Shown here: positions 11,601-25,144 of the stretch, piece after piece
How the letters are laid out: each line of letters starts with the position of its first letter
Numbering within the stretch: the stretch's first letter is position 1
NCBI GenBank assembly: GCA_043228905.1
Contig: JBHGNT010000025.1
Coordinates: 1 to 64,000, forward strand
Length of the DNA stretch: 64,000 bases
Reading direction: 5' to 3'
Source: Azolla caroliniana
Lineage: Eukaryota > Plantae > Polypodiophyta
Notes under the pieces: model-generated
The model's input: only the letters and a program-made list of their open reading frames with translations
Databases searched by the model: none
Told to the model about the DNA's origin: nothing
Program-made: the position numbers and the translations under genes

Positions 11601-14600
11601 AAAAATCAAGATTTTGAAACTCAGGTCGAGAGACATGACGAAATTACCTAATTTGAGGACTGAGTTGAGACGACCTAGTAGGTAAATTAAAATGTTCATA
11701 CCTGGCTCGTGTGATATCGGATTTTTGTGTTCAAACATGCGAATCAAGCTAACAACGCTAGCTATTATATGGAACTAAAAAATCAAGATTTTGAAACTCA
11801 GGTCGAGAAATATGAAGAAATTAGCAATCTTGAGGAGGGAGTTGAGAGGAGCCCTTGAGTACATTAAAATGTTTATACCTGGCTCGTGTGATATCGGATT
11901 TTTGTGTTCAAACATGCGAATCGAAGCTAACAATGCTAGCTATTATATGGAACTCAGGTCGAGAGATATGAAGAAATTAGCAATCTTGAGGAGGGAGTTG
12001 AGAGGAGCACTTGAGTATATTAAAATGTTTATACCTGGCTCGTGTGATATCGGATTTTTGTGTTCAAACATGCGAATCGAAGCTCACAACGCTAGCTATG
12101 ACATGTTATTAAAAAATCAAGATTTTGAAACTCAGGTAGAGAGACATGACGAAATTACCTAATTTGAGGACTGAGTTGAGAGGAGCCCTTGAGTACATTG
12201 CAATGTTCATACTTGGCTCGTGTGATATCGGATTTTTGTGTTCAAACATGCGAATCGAAGCTAACAATGCTAGCTATTATATGGAACTAAAAAATCAAGA
12301 TTTTGAAACTCAGGTCGAGAAATATGAAGAAATTAGCAATCTTGAGGAGGGAGTTGAGAGGAGCACTTGAGTATATTAAAATGTTTATACCTGGCTCGTG
12401 TGATATCGGATTTTTGTGTTCAAACATGCGAATCGAAGCTAACAATGCTAGCTATTATATGGAACTAAAAAATCAAGATTTTGAAACTCAGGTCGAGAAA
12501 TATGAAGAAATTAGCAATCTTGAGGAGGGAGTTGAGAGGAGCCCTTGAGTACATTAAAATGTTTATACCTGGCTCGTGTGATATCGGATTTTTGTGTTCA
12601 AACATGCGAATCGAAGCTAACAATGCTAGCTATTATATGGAACTAAAAAATCAAGATTTTGAAACTCAGGTCGAGAGATATGAAGAAATTAGCAATCTTG
12701 ACGAGGGAGTTGAGAGGAGCCCTTGAGTACATTAAAATGTTCATACCTGGCCCGTGTGATATCGGATTTTTGTATTCAAACATGCGAATCGAAGCTAACA
12801 GCGGTAGCTATTATATGGAACTAAAAAATCAAGATTTTGAAACTCAGGTCGAGAAATATGAAGAAATTAGCAATCTTGACGAGGGAGTTGAGAGGAGCCC
12901 TTGAGTAAATTAAAATGTTTATACCTGGCGCGTGTGATATCGGATTTTTGTGTTCAAACATGCGAATCGAAGCTAACAATGCTAGCTATTATATGGGACT
13001 AAAAAATCAAGATTTTGAAACTCAGGTCGAGAGATATGAAGAAATTAGCAATCTTGAGGAGGGAGTTGAGAGGAGCCCTTGAGTACATTAAAATGTGTAT
13101 ACCTGGCGCGTGTGATATCGGATTTTTGTGTTCAAACATGCGAATCGAAGCTCACAACGCTAGCTATGACATGGTATTAAAAAATCAAGATTTTGAAACT
13201 CAGGTCGAGAGACATGACGAAATTACCTAATTTGAGGACTGAGTTGAGACGACCTAGTAGGTAAATTAAAATGTTCATACCTGGCTCGTGTGATATCGGA
13301 TTTTTGTGTTCAAACATGCGAATCAAGCTAACAACGCTAGCTATTATATGGAACTAAAAAATCAAGATTTTGAAACTCAGGTCGAGAAATATGAAGAAAT
13401 TAGCAATCTTGAGGAGGGAGTTGAGAGGAGCACTTGAGTATATTAAAATGTTTATACCTGGCTCGTGTGATATCGGATTTTTGTGTTCAAACATGCGAAT
13501 CGAAGCTAACAATGCTAGCTATTATATGGATCTAAAAAATCAAGATTTTGAAACTCAGGTCGAGAGATATGAAGAAATTAGCAATCTTGAGGAGGGAGTT
13601 GAGAGGAGCCCTTGAGTACATTAAAATGTTCATACCTGGCGCGTGTGATATCGGATTTTTGTGTTCAAACATGCGAATCGAAGCTAACAACACTAGCTAT
13701 TCTATGGAACTAAAAAATCAAGATTTTGAAACTCAGGTCGAGAGATATGAAGAAATTAGCAATCTTGAGAAGGGAGTTGAGAGGAGCCCTTGAGTAAATT
13801 AAAATGTTCATACCTGGCTCGTGTGATATCGGATTTTTGTGTTCAAACATGCGAATCGAAGCTCACAACGCTAGCTATGATATGGTATTAAAAAATCATG
13901 ATTTTGAAATTGAGGTCGAGAGACTGAGTTGAGACGACCTAGTAGGTAAATTAAAATGTTTATACCTGGCTCGTGTGATATCGGATTTTTGTGTTCAAAC
14001 ATGCGAATCGAAGCTAATCACGCTAGCTATGACATGTTATTAAAAAATCAAGATTTTGAAACTCAGGTCGAGAAATATGAAGAAATTAGCAATCTTGAGG
14101 AGGGAGTTGAGAGGAGCCCTTGAGTACATTAAAATGTTCATACCTGGCGCGTGTGATATCGGATTTTTGTGTTCAAACATGCGAATCGAAGCTAACAACG
14201 GTAGCTATTATATGGAACTAAAAAATCAAGATTTTGAAACTCAGGTCGAGAAATATGAAGAAATTAGCAATCTTGAGGAGGGAGTTGAGAGGAGCCCTTG
14301 AGTACATTAAAATGTTCATACCTGGCGCGTGTGATATCGGATTTTTGTGTTCAAACATGCGAATCGAACCTAACAACGCTAGCTATGATATGGAACTAAA
14401 AAATCAAGATTTTGAAACTCAGGTCGAGAGATATGAAGAAATTAGCAATCCTGACGAGGGAGTTGAGAGGAGCCCTTGAGTACATTAAAATGTTCATACC
14501 TGGCGCGTGTGATATCGGATTTTTGTGTTCAAACATGCGAATCGAAGCTAACAACGCTAGCTATGACATGGTATTAAAAAATCAAGATTTTGAAACTCAG

Positions 14601-17600
14601 GTCGAGAGACATGAAGAAATTACCTAATTTGAGGACTGAGTTGAGACGACCTAGTAGGTAAATTAAAATGTTCATACCTGGCGCGTGTGATATCGGATTT
14701 TTGTGTTCAAACATGCGAATCGAAGCTAACAACACTAGCTATTCTATGGAACTAAAAAATCAAGATTTTCAAACTCAGGTCGAGAGATATGAAGAAATTA
14801 GCAATCTTGAGGAGGGAGTTGAGAGGAGCCCTTGAGTAAATTAAAATGTTCATACCTGGCTCGTGTGATATCGGATTTTTGTGTTCAAACATGCGAATCG
14901 AAGCTCACAACACTAGCTATTATATGGAACTAAAAAATCAAGATTTTGAAACTCAGGTCGAGAGATATGAAGAAATTAGCAATCTTGAGGAGGGAGTTGA
15001 GAGGAGCCCTTGAGTACATTAAAATGTTCATACCTGGCGCGTGTGATATCGGATTTTTGTGTTCAAACATGCGAATCGAAGCTAACAACGGTAGCTATTA
15101 TATGGAACTAAAAAATCAAGATTTTGAAACTCAGGTCGAGAAATATGAAGAAATTAGCAATCTTGAGGAGGGAGTTGAGAGGAGCCCTTGAGTAAATTAA
15201 AATGTGTATACCTGGCGCGTGTGATATCGGATTTTTGTGTTCAAACATGCGAATCGAAGCTAACAACGCTAGCTATGACATGGTATTAAAAAATCAAGAT
15301 TTTGAAACTCAGGTCGAGAGACATGACGAAATTACCTAATTTGAGGACTGAGTTGAGACGACCTAGTAGGTAAATTAAAATGTTCATACCTGGCTCGTGT
15401 GATATCGGATTTTTGTGTTCAAACATGCGAATCAAGCTAACAACGCTAGCTATTATATGGAACTAAAAAATCAAGATTTTGAAACTCAGGTCGAGAAATA
15501 TGAAGAAATTAGCAATCTTGAGGAGGGAGTTGAGAGGAGCCCTTGAGTACATTAAAATGTTTATACCTGGCTCGTGTGATATCGGATTTTTGTGTTCAAA
15601 CATGCGAATCGAAGCTAACAATGCTAGCTATTATATGGAACTCAGGTCGAGAGATATGAAGAAATTAGCAATCTTGAGGAGGGAGTTGAGAGGAGCACTT
15701 GAGTATATTAAAATGTTTATACCTGGCTCGTGTGATATCGGATTTTTGTGTTCAAACATGCGAATCGAAGCTCACAACGCTAGCTATGACATGTTATTAA
15801 AAAATCAAGATTTTGAAACTCAGGTAGAGAGACATGACGAAATTACCTAATTTGAGGACTGAGTTGAGAGGAGCCCTTGAGTACATTACAATGTTCATAC
15901 TTGGCTCGTGTGATATCGGATTTTTGTGTTCAAACATGCGAATCGAAGCTAACAATGCTAGCTATTATATGGAACTAAAAAATCAAGATTTTGAAACTCA
16001 GGTCGAGAAATATGAAGAAATTAGCAATCTTGAGGAGGGAGTTGAGAGGAGCACTTGAGTATATTAAAATGTTTATACCTGGCTCGTGTGATATCGGATT
16101 TTTGTGTTCAAACATGCGAATCGAAGCTAACAATGCTAGCTATTATATGGAACTAAAAAATCAAGATTTTGAAACTCAGGTCGAGAAATATGAAGAAATT
16201 AGCAATCTTGAGGAGGGAGTTGAGAGGAGCCCTTGAGTACATTAAAATGTTTATACCTGGCTCGTGTGATATCGGATTTTTGTGTTCAAACATGCGAATC
16301 GAAGCTAACAATGCTAGCTATTATATGGAACTAAAAAATCAAGATTTTGAAACTCAGGTCGAGAGATATGAAGAAATTAGCAATCTTGACGAGGGAGTTG
16401 AGAGGAGCCCTTGAGTACATTAAAATGTTCATACCTGGCCCGTGTGATATCGGATTTTTGTATTCAAACATGCGAATCGAAGCTAACAGCGGTAGCTATT
16501 ATATGGAACTAAAAAATCAAGATTTTGAAACTCAGGTCGAGAAATATGAAGAAATTAGCAATCTTGACGAGGGAGTTGAGAGGAGCCCTTGAGTAAATTA
16601 AAATGTTTATACCTGGCGCGTGTGATATCGGATTTTTGTGTTCAAACATGCGAATCGAAGCTAACAATGCTAGCTATTCTATGGAACTAAAAAATCAAGA
16701 TTTTCAAACTCAGGTCGAGAGATATGAAGAAATTAGCAATCTTGAGGAGGGAGTTGAGAGGAGCCCTTGAGTAAATTAAAATGTTCATACCTGGCTCGTG
16801 TGATATCGGATTTTTGTGTTCAAACATGCGAATCGAAGCTCACAACACTAGCTATTATATGGAACTAAAAAATCAAGATTTTGAAACTCAGGTCGAGAGA
16901 TATGAAGAAATTAGCAATCTTGAGGAGGGAGTTGAGAGGAGCCCTTGAGTACATTAAAATGTTCATACCTGGCGCGTGTGATATCGGATTTTTGTGTTCA
17001 AACATGCGAATCGAAGCTAACAACGGTAGCTATTATATGGAACTAAAAAATCAAGATTTTGAAACTCAGGTCGAGAGATATGAAGAAATTAGCAATCTTG
17101 AGGAGGGAGTTGAGAGGAGCCCTTGAGTAAATTAAAATGTGTATACCTGGCGCGTGTGATATCGGATTTTTGTGTTCAAACATGCGAATCGAAGCTCACA
17201 ACGCTAGCTATGACATGTTATTTAAAAATCAAGATTTTGAAACTCAGGTCGAGAGACATGACGAAATTACCTAATTTGAGGACTGAGTTGAGACGACCTA
17301 GTAGGTAAATTAAAATGTTCATACCTGGCTCGTGTGATATCGGATTTTTGTGTTCAAACATGCGAATCAAGCTAACAACGCTAGCTATTATATGGAACTA
17401 AAAAATCAAGATTTTGAAACTCAGGTCGAGAAATATGAAGAAATTAGCAATCTTGAGGAGGGAGTTGAGAGGAGCCCTTGAGTACATTAAAATGTTTATA
17501 CCTGGCTCGTGTGATATCGGATTTTTGTGTTCAAACATGCGAATCGAAGCTAACAATGCTAGCTATTATATGGAACTCAGGTCGAGAGATATGAAGAAAT

Positions 17601-20600
17601 TAGCAATCTTGAGGAGGGAGTTGAGAGGAGCACTTGAGTATATTAAAATGTTTATACCTGGCTCGTGTGATATCGGATTTTTGTGTTCAAACATGCGAAT
17701 CGAAGCTCACAACGCTAGCTATGACATGTTATTAAAAAATCAAGATTTTGAAACTCAGGTAGAGAGACATGACGAAATTACCTAATTTGAGGACTGAGTT
17801 GAGAGGAGCCCTTGAGTACATTGCAATGTTCATACTTGGCTCGTGTGATATCGGATTTTTGTGTTCAAACATGCGAATCGAAGCTAACAATGCTAGCTAT
17901 TATATGGAACTAAAAAATCAAGATTTTGAAACTCAGGTCGAGAAATATGAAGAAATTAGCAATCTTGAGGAGGGAGTTGAGAGGAGCACTTGAGTATATT
18001 AAAATGTTTATACCTGGCTCGTGTGATATCGGATTTTTGTGTTCAAACATGCGAATCGAAGCTAACAATGCTAGCTATTATATGGAACTAAAAAATCAAG
18101 ATTTTGAAACTCAGGTCGAGAAATATGAAGAAATTAGCAATCTTGAGGAGGGAGTTGAGAGGAGCCCTTGAGTACATTAAAATGTTTATACCTGGCTCGT
18201 GTGATATCGGATTTTTGTGTTCAAACATGCGAATCGAAGCTAACAATGCTAGCTATTATATGGAACTAAAAAATCAAGATTTTGAAACTCAGGTCGAGAG
18301 ATATGAAGAAATTAGCAATCTTGACGAGGGAGTTGAGAGGAGCCCTTGAGTACATTAAAATGTTCATACCTGGCCCGTGTGATATCGGATTTTTGTATTC
18401 AAACATGCGAATCGAAGCTAACAGCGGTAGCTATTATATGGAACTAAAAAATCAAGATTTTGAAACTCAGGTCGAGAAATATGAAGAAATTAGCAATCTT
18501 GACGAGGGAGTTGAGAGGAGCCCTTGAGTAAATTAAAATGTTTATACCTGGCGCGTGTGATATCGGATTTTTGTGTTCAAACATGCGAATCGAAGCTAAC
18601 AATGCTAGCTATTATATGGGACTAAAAAATCAAGATTTTGAAACTCAGGTCGAGAGATATGAAGAAATTAGCAATCTTGAGGAGGGAGTTGAGAGGAGCC
18701 CTTGAGTACATTAAAATGTGTATACCTGGCGCGTGTGATATCGGATTTTTGTGTTCAAACATGCGAATCGAAGCTCACAACGCTAGCTATGACATGGTAT
18801 TAAAAAATCAAGATTTTGAAACTCAGGTCGAGAGACATGACGAAATTACCTAATTTGAGGACTGAGTTGAGACGACCTAGTAGGTAAATTAAAATGTTCA
18901 TACCTGGCTCGTGTGATATCGGATTTTTGTGTTCAAACATGCGAATCAAGCTAACAACGCTAGCTATTATATGGAACTAAAAAATCAAGATTTTGAAACT
19001 CAGGTCGAGAAATATGAAGAAATTAGCAATCTTGAGGAGGGAGTTGAGAGGAGCACTTGAGTATATTAAAATGTTTATACCTGGCTCGTGTGATATCGGA
19101 TTTTTGTGTTCAAACATGCGAATCGAAGCTAACAATGCTAGCTATTATATGGATCTAAAAAATCAAGATTTTGAAACTCAGGTCGAGAGATATGAAGAAA
19201 TTAGCAATCTTGAGGAGGGAGTTGAGAGGAGCCCTTGAGTACATTAAAATGTTCATACCTGGCGCGTGTGATATCGGATTTTTGTGTTCAAACATGCGAA
19301 TCGAAGCTAACAACACTAGCTATTCTATGGAACTAAAAAATCAAGATTTTGAAACTCAGGTCGAGAGATATGAAGAAATTAGCAATCTTGAGAAGGGAGT
19401 TGAGAGGAGCCCTTGAGTAAATTAAAATGTTCATACCTGGCTCGTGTGATATCGGATTTTTGTGTTCAAACATGCGAATCGAAGCTCACAACGCTAGCTA
19501 TGATATGGTATTAAAAAATCATGATTTTGAAATTGAGGTCGAGAGACTGAGTTGAGACGACCTAGTAGGTAAATTAAAATGTTTATACCTGGCTCGTGTG
19601 ATATCGGATTTTTGTGTTCAAACATGCGAATCGAAGCTAATCACGCTAGCTATGACATGTTATTAAAAAATCAAGATTTTGAAACTCAGGTCGAGAAATA
19701 TGAAGAAATTAGCAATCTTGAGGAGGGAGTTGAGAGGAGCCCTTGAGTACATTAAAATGTTCATACCTGGCGCGTGTGATATCGGATTTTTGTGTTCAAA
19801 CATGCGAATCGAAGCTAACAACGGTAGCTATTATATGGAACTAAAAAATCAAGATTTTGAAACTCAGGTCGAGAAATATGAAGAAATTAGCAATCTTGAG
19901 GAGGGAGTTGAGAGGAGCCCTTGAGTACATTAAAATGTTCATACCTGGCGCGTGTGATATCGGATTTTTGTGTTCAAACATGCGAATCGAACCTAACAAC
20001 GCTAGCTATGATATGGAACTAAAAAATCAAGATTTTGAAACTCAGGTCGAGAGATATGAAGAAATTAGCAATCCTGACGAGGGAGTTGAGAGGAGCCCTT
20101 GAGTACATTAAAATGTTCATACCTGGCGCGTGTGATATCGGATTTTTGTGTTCAAACATGCGAATCGAAGCTAACAACGCTAGCTATGACATGGTATTAA
20201 AAAATCAAGATTTTGAAACTCAGGTCGAGAGACATGAAGAAATTACCTAATTTGAGGACTGAGTTGAGACGACCTAGTAGGTAAATTAAAATGTTCATAC
20301 CTGGCGCGTGTGATATCGGATTTTTGTGTTCAAACATGCGAATCGAAGCTAACAACACTAGCTATTCTATGGAACTAAAAAATCAAGATTTTCAAACTCA
20401 GGTCGAGAGATATGAAGAAATTAGCAATCTTGAGGAGGGAGTTGAGAGGAGCCCTTGAGTAAATTAAAATGTTCATACCTGGCTCGTGTGATATCGGATT
20501 TTTGTGTTCAAACATGCGAATCGAAGCTCACAACACTAGCTATTATATGGAACTAAAAAATCAAGATTTTGAAACTCAGGTCGAGAGATATGAAGAAATT

Positions 20601-22270
20601 AGCAATCTTGAGGAGGGAGTTGAGAGGAGCCCTTGAGTACATTAAAATGTTCATACCTGGCGCGTGTGATATCGGATTTTTGTGTTCAAACATGCGAATC
20701 GAAGCTAACAACGGTAGCTATTATATGGAACTAAAAAATCAAGATTTTGAAACTCAGGTCGAGAGATATGAAGAAATTAGCAATCTTGAGGAGGGAGTTG
20801 AGAGGAGCCCTTGAGTAAATTAAAATGTGTATACCTGGCGCGTGTGATATCGGATTTTTGTGTTCAAACATGCGAATCGAAGCTCACAACGCTAGCTATG
20901 ACATGTTATTTAAAAATCAAGATTTTGAAACTCAGGTCGAGAGACATGACGAAATTACCTAATTTGAGGACTGAGTTGAGACGACCTAGTAGGTAAATTA
21001 AAATGTTCATACCTGGCTCGTGTGATATCGGATTTTTGTGTTCAAACATGCGAATCAAGCTAACAACGCTAGCTATTATATGGAACTAAAAAATCAAGAT
21101 TTTGAAACTCAGGTCGAGAAATATGAAGAAATTAGCAATCTTGAGGAGGGAGTTGAGAGGAGCCCTTGAGTACATTAAAATGTTTATACCTGGCTCGTGT
21201 GATATCGGATTTTTGTGTTCAAACATGCGAATCGAAGCTAACAATGCTAGCTATTATATGGAACTCAGGTCGAGAGATATGAAGAAATTAGCAATCTTGA
21301 GGAGGGAGTTGAGAGGAGCACTTGAGTATATTAAAATGTTTATACCTGGCTCGTGTGATATCGGATTTTTGTGTTCAAACATGCGAATCGAAGCTCACAA
21401 CGCTAGCTATGACATGTTATTAAAAAATCAAGATTTTGAAACTCAGGTAGAGAGACATGACGAAATTACCTAATTTGAGGACTGAGTTGAGAGGAGCCCT
21501 TGAGTACATTACAATGTTCATACTTGGCTCGTGTGATATCGGATTTTTGTGTTCAAACATGCGAATCGAAGCTAACAATGCTAGCTATTATATGGAACTA
21601 AAAAATCAAGATTTTGAAACTCAGGTCGAGAAATATGAAGAAATTAGCAATCTTGAGGAGGGAGTTGAGAGGAGCACTTGAGTATATTAAAATGTTTATA
21701 CCTGGCTCGTGTGATATCGGATTTTTGTGTTCAAACATGCGAATCGAAGCTAACAATGCTAGCTATTATATGGAACTAAAAAATCAAGATTTTGAAACTC
21801 AGGTCGAGAAATATGAAGAAATTAGCAATCTTGAGGAGGGAGTTGAGAGGAGCCCTTGAGTACATTAAAATGTTTATACCTGGCTCGTGTGATATCGGAT
21901 TTTTGTGTTCAAACATGCGAATCGAAGCTAACAATGCTAGCTATTATATGGAACTAAAAAATCAAGATTTTGAAACTCAGGTCGAGAGATATGAAGAAAT
22001 TAGCAATCTTGACGAGGGAGTTGAGAGGAGCCCTTGAGTACATTAAAATGTTCATACCTGGCCCGTGTGATATCGGATTTTTGTATTCAAACATGCGAAT
22101 CGAAGCTAACAGCGGTAGCTATTATATGGAACTAAAAAATCAAGATTTTGAAACTCAGGTCGAGAAATATGAAGAAATTAGCAATCTTGACGAGGGAGTT
22201 GAGAGGAGCCCTTGAGTAAATTAAAATGTTTATACCTGGCGCGTGTGATATCGGATTTTTGTGTTCAAAC
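8700..22270. repeat. 32-monomer higher-order repeat, period 5623 bp, ~2.4 copies
   Basis: 5623 = 32x178 - (2x22 + 26 + 3x1). Markers: 8789/14412/20035, 9856/15479/21102, 11791/17414, 13015/18638; 26-bp junction at ~13924 and ~19547. Ends are approximate. Confidence 0.93.
9100..12980. repeat. 11-monomer higher-order repeat, period 1935 bp (11x178-22-1), two tandem copies; the pair recurs at ~14720-18600
   Basis: The 22-bp deletion junction lies at 10019 and 11954. ORF-track pairs are 9323/11258, 9856/11791 and 10724/12659. Ends are approximate. Confidence 0.92.
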
Positions 22271-23480
22271 ATGCGAATCGAAGCTAACAACGCTAGCTAT
22301 GACATGGTATTAAAAAATCAAGATTTTGAAACTCAGGTCGAGAGACATGACGAAATTACCTAATTTGAGGACTGAGTTGAGACGACCTAGTAGGTAAATT
22401 AAAATGTTCATACCTGGCTCGTGTGATATCGGATTTTTGTGTTCAAACATGCGAATCAAGCTAACAACGCTAGCTATTATATGGAACTAAAAAATCAAGA
22501 TTTTGAAACTCAGGTCGAGAAATATGAAGAAATTAGCAATCTTGAGGAGGGAGTTGAGAGGAGCACTTGAGTATATTAAAATGTTTATACCTGGCTCGTG
22601 TGATATCGGATTTTTGTGTTCAAACATGCGAATCGAAGCTAACAATGCTAGCTATTATATGGATCTAAAAAATCAAGATTTTGAAACTCAGGTCGAGAGA
22701 TATGAAGAAATTAGCAATCTTGAGGAGGGAGTTGAGAGGAGCCCTTGAGTACATTAAAATGTTCATACCTGGCGCGTGTGATATCGGATTTTTGTGTTCA
22801 AACATGCGAATCGAAGCTAACAACACTAGCTATTCTATGGAACTAAAAAATCAAGATTTTGAAACTCAGGTCGAGAGATATGAAGAAATTAGCAATCTTG
22901 AGAAGGGAGTTGAGAGGAGCCCTTGAGTAAATTAAAATGTTCATACCTGGCTCGTGTGATATCGGATTTTTGTGTTCAAACATGCGAATCGAAGCTCACA
23001 ACGCTAGCTATGATATGGTATTAAAAAATCATGATTTTGAAATTGAGGTCGAGAGACTGAGTTGAGACGACCTAGTAGGTAAATTAAAATGTTTATACCT
23101 GGCTCGTGTGATATCGGATTTTTGTGTTCAAACATGCGAATCGAAGCTAATCACGCTAGCTATGACATGTTATTAAAAAATCAAGATTTTGAAACTCAGG
23201 TCGAGAAATATGAAGAAATTAGCAATCTTGAGGAGGGAGTTGAGAGGAGCCCTTGAGTACATTAAAATGTTCATACCTGGCGCGTGTGATATCGGATTTT
23301 TGTGTTCAAACATGCGAATCGAAGCTAACAACGGTAGCTATTATATGGAACTAAAAAATCAAGATTTTGAAACTCAGGTCGAGAAATATGAAGAAATTAG
23401 CAATCTTGAGGAGGGAGTTGAGAGGAGCCCTTGAGTACATTAAAATGTTCATACCTGGCGCGTGTGATATCGGATTTTTG
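18800..23480. repeat. 20-monomer offset repeat (3510 bp): block ~18800-19970 recurs at ~22310-23480
   Basis: ORF-track pairs 18993/22503, 19171/22681, 19679/23189. 3510 = 20x178-22-26-2. Confidence 0.85.
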
Positions 23481-25144
23481 TGTTCAAACATGCGAATCGA
23501 AGCTCACAACACTAGCTATTATATGGAACTAAAAAATCAAGATTTTGAAACTCAGGTCGAGAGATATGAAGAAATTAGCAATCTTGAGGAGGGAGTTGAG
23601 AGGAGCCCTTGAGTACATTAAAATGTTCATACGTGGCGCGTGTGATATCGGATTTTTGTGTTCAAACATGCGAATCGAAGCTAACAACGGTAGCTATTAT
23701 ATGGAACTAAAAAATCAAGATTTTGAAACTCAGGTCGAGAGATATGAAGAAATTAGCAATCTTGAGGAGGGAGTTGAGAGGAGCCCTTGAGTAAATTAAA
23801 ATGTGTATACCTGGCGCGTGTGATATCGGATTTTTGTGTTCAAACATGCGAATCGAAGCTCACAACGCTAGCTATGACATGTTATTTAAAAATCAAGATT
23901 TTGAAACTCAGGTCGAGAGACATGACGAAATTACCTAATTTGAGGACTGAGTTGAGACGACCTAGTAGGTAAATTAAAATGTTCATACCTGGCTCGTGTG
24001 ATATCGGATTTTTGTGTTCAAACATGCGAATCAAGCTAACAACGCTAGCTATTATATGGAACTAAAAAATCAAGATTTTGAAACTCAGGTCGAGAAATAT
24101 GAAGAAATTAGCAATCTTGAGGAGGGAGTTGAGAGGAGCCCTTGAGTACATTAAAATGTTTATACCTGGCTCGTGTGATATCGGATTTTTGTGTTCAAAC
24201 ATGCGAATCGAAGCTAACAACGCTAGCTATGACATGTTATTAAAAAATCAAGATTTTGAAACTCAGGTAGAGAGACATGACGAAATTACCTAATTTGAGG
24301 AGTGAGTTGAGAGGAGCCCTTGAGTACATTACAATGTTCATACCTGGCTCGTGTGATATCGGATTTTTGTGTTCAAACATGCGAATCGAAGCTAACAATG
24401 CTAGCTATTGTATGGAACTAAAAAATCAAGATTTTGAAACTCAGGTCCAGAGATATGAAGAAATTAGCAATCTTGAGGAGGGAGTTGAGAGGAGCCCTTG
24501 AGTACATTAAAATGTTCATACCTGGCTCGTGTGATATCGGATTATTGTGTTCAAACATGCGAATCAAGCTAACAACGCTAGCTATTATATGGAACTAAAA
24601 AATCAAGATTTTGAAACTCAGGACGAGAAATATGAAGAAATTAGCAATCTTGAGGAGGGAGTTGAGAGGAGCCCTTGAGTACATTAAAATGTGTATACCT
24701 GGCTCGTGTGATATCGGATTTTTGTGTTCAAACATGCGAATCGAAGCTAACAATGCTAGCTATTGTATGGAACTAAAAAATCAAGATTTTGAAACTCAGG
24801 TCGAGAAATATGAAGAAATTAGCAATCTTGAGGAGGGAGTTGAGAGGAGCACTTGAGTATATTAAAATGTTCATACCTAGCTCGTGTGATATCGGATTTT
24901 TGTGTTCAAACATGCGAATCGAAGCTAACAATGCTAGCTATTATATGGAACTAAAAAATCAAGATTTTGAAACTCAGGTCGAGAGATATGAAGAAATTAG
25001 CAATCTTGAGGAGGGAGTTGAGAGGAGCCCTTGAGTACATTAAAATGTTCATACCTGGCACGTGTGATATCGGATTTTTGTGTTCAAACATGCGAATCGA
25101 AGCTAACAATGCTAGCTATTATATAGAACTAAAAAATCAAGATT

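Noticed and set aside
8700-22270. 5.6-kb repeats as a pure assembly artefact
   Set aside because: The copies carry distinguishing variants (the tract at 15142-15288 and the alternating A/G marker), which favours real duplications. Read-level confirmation is still needed.
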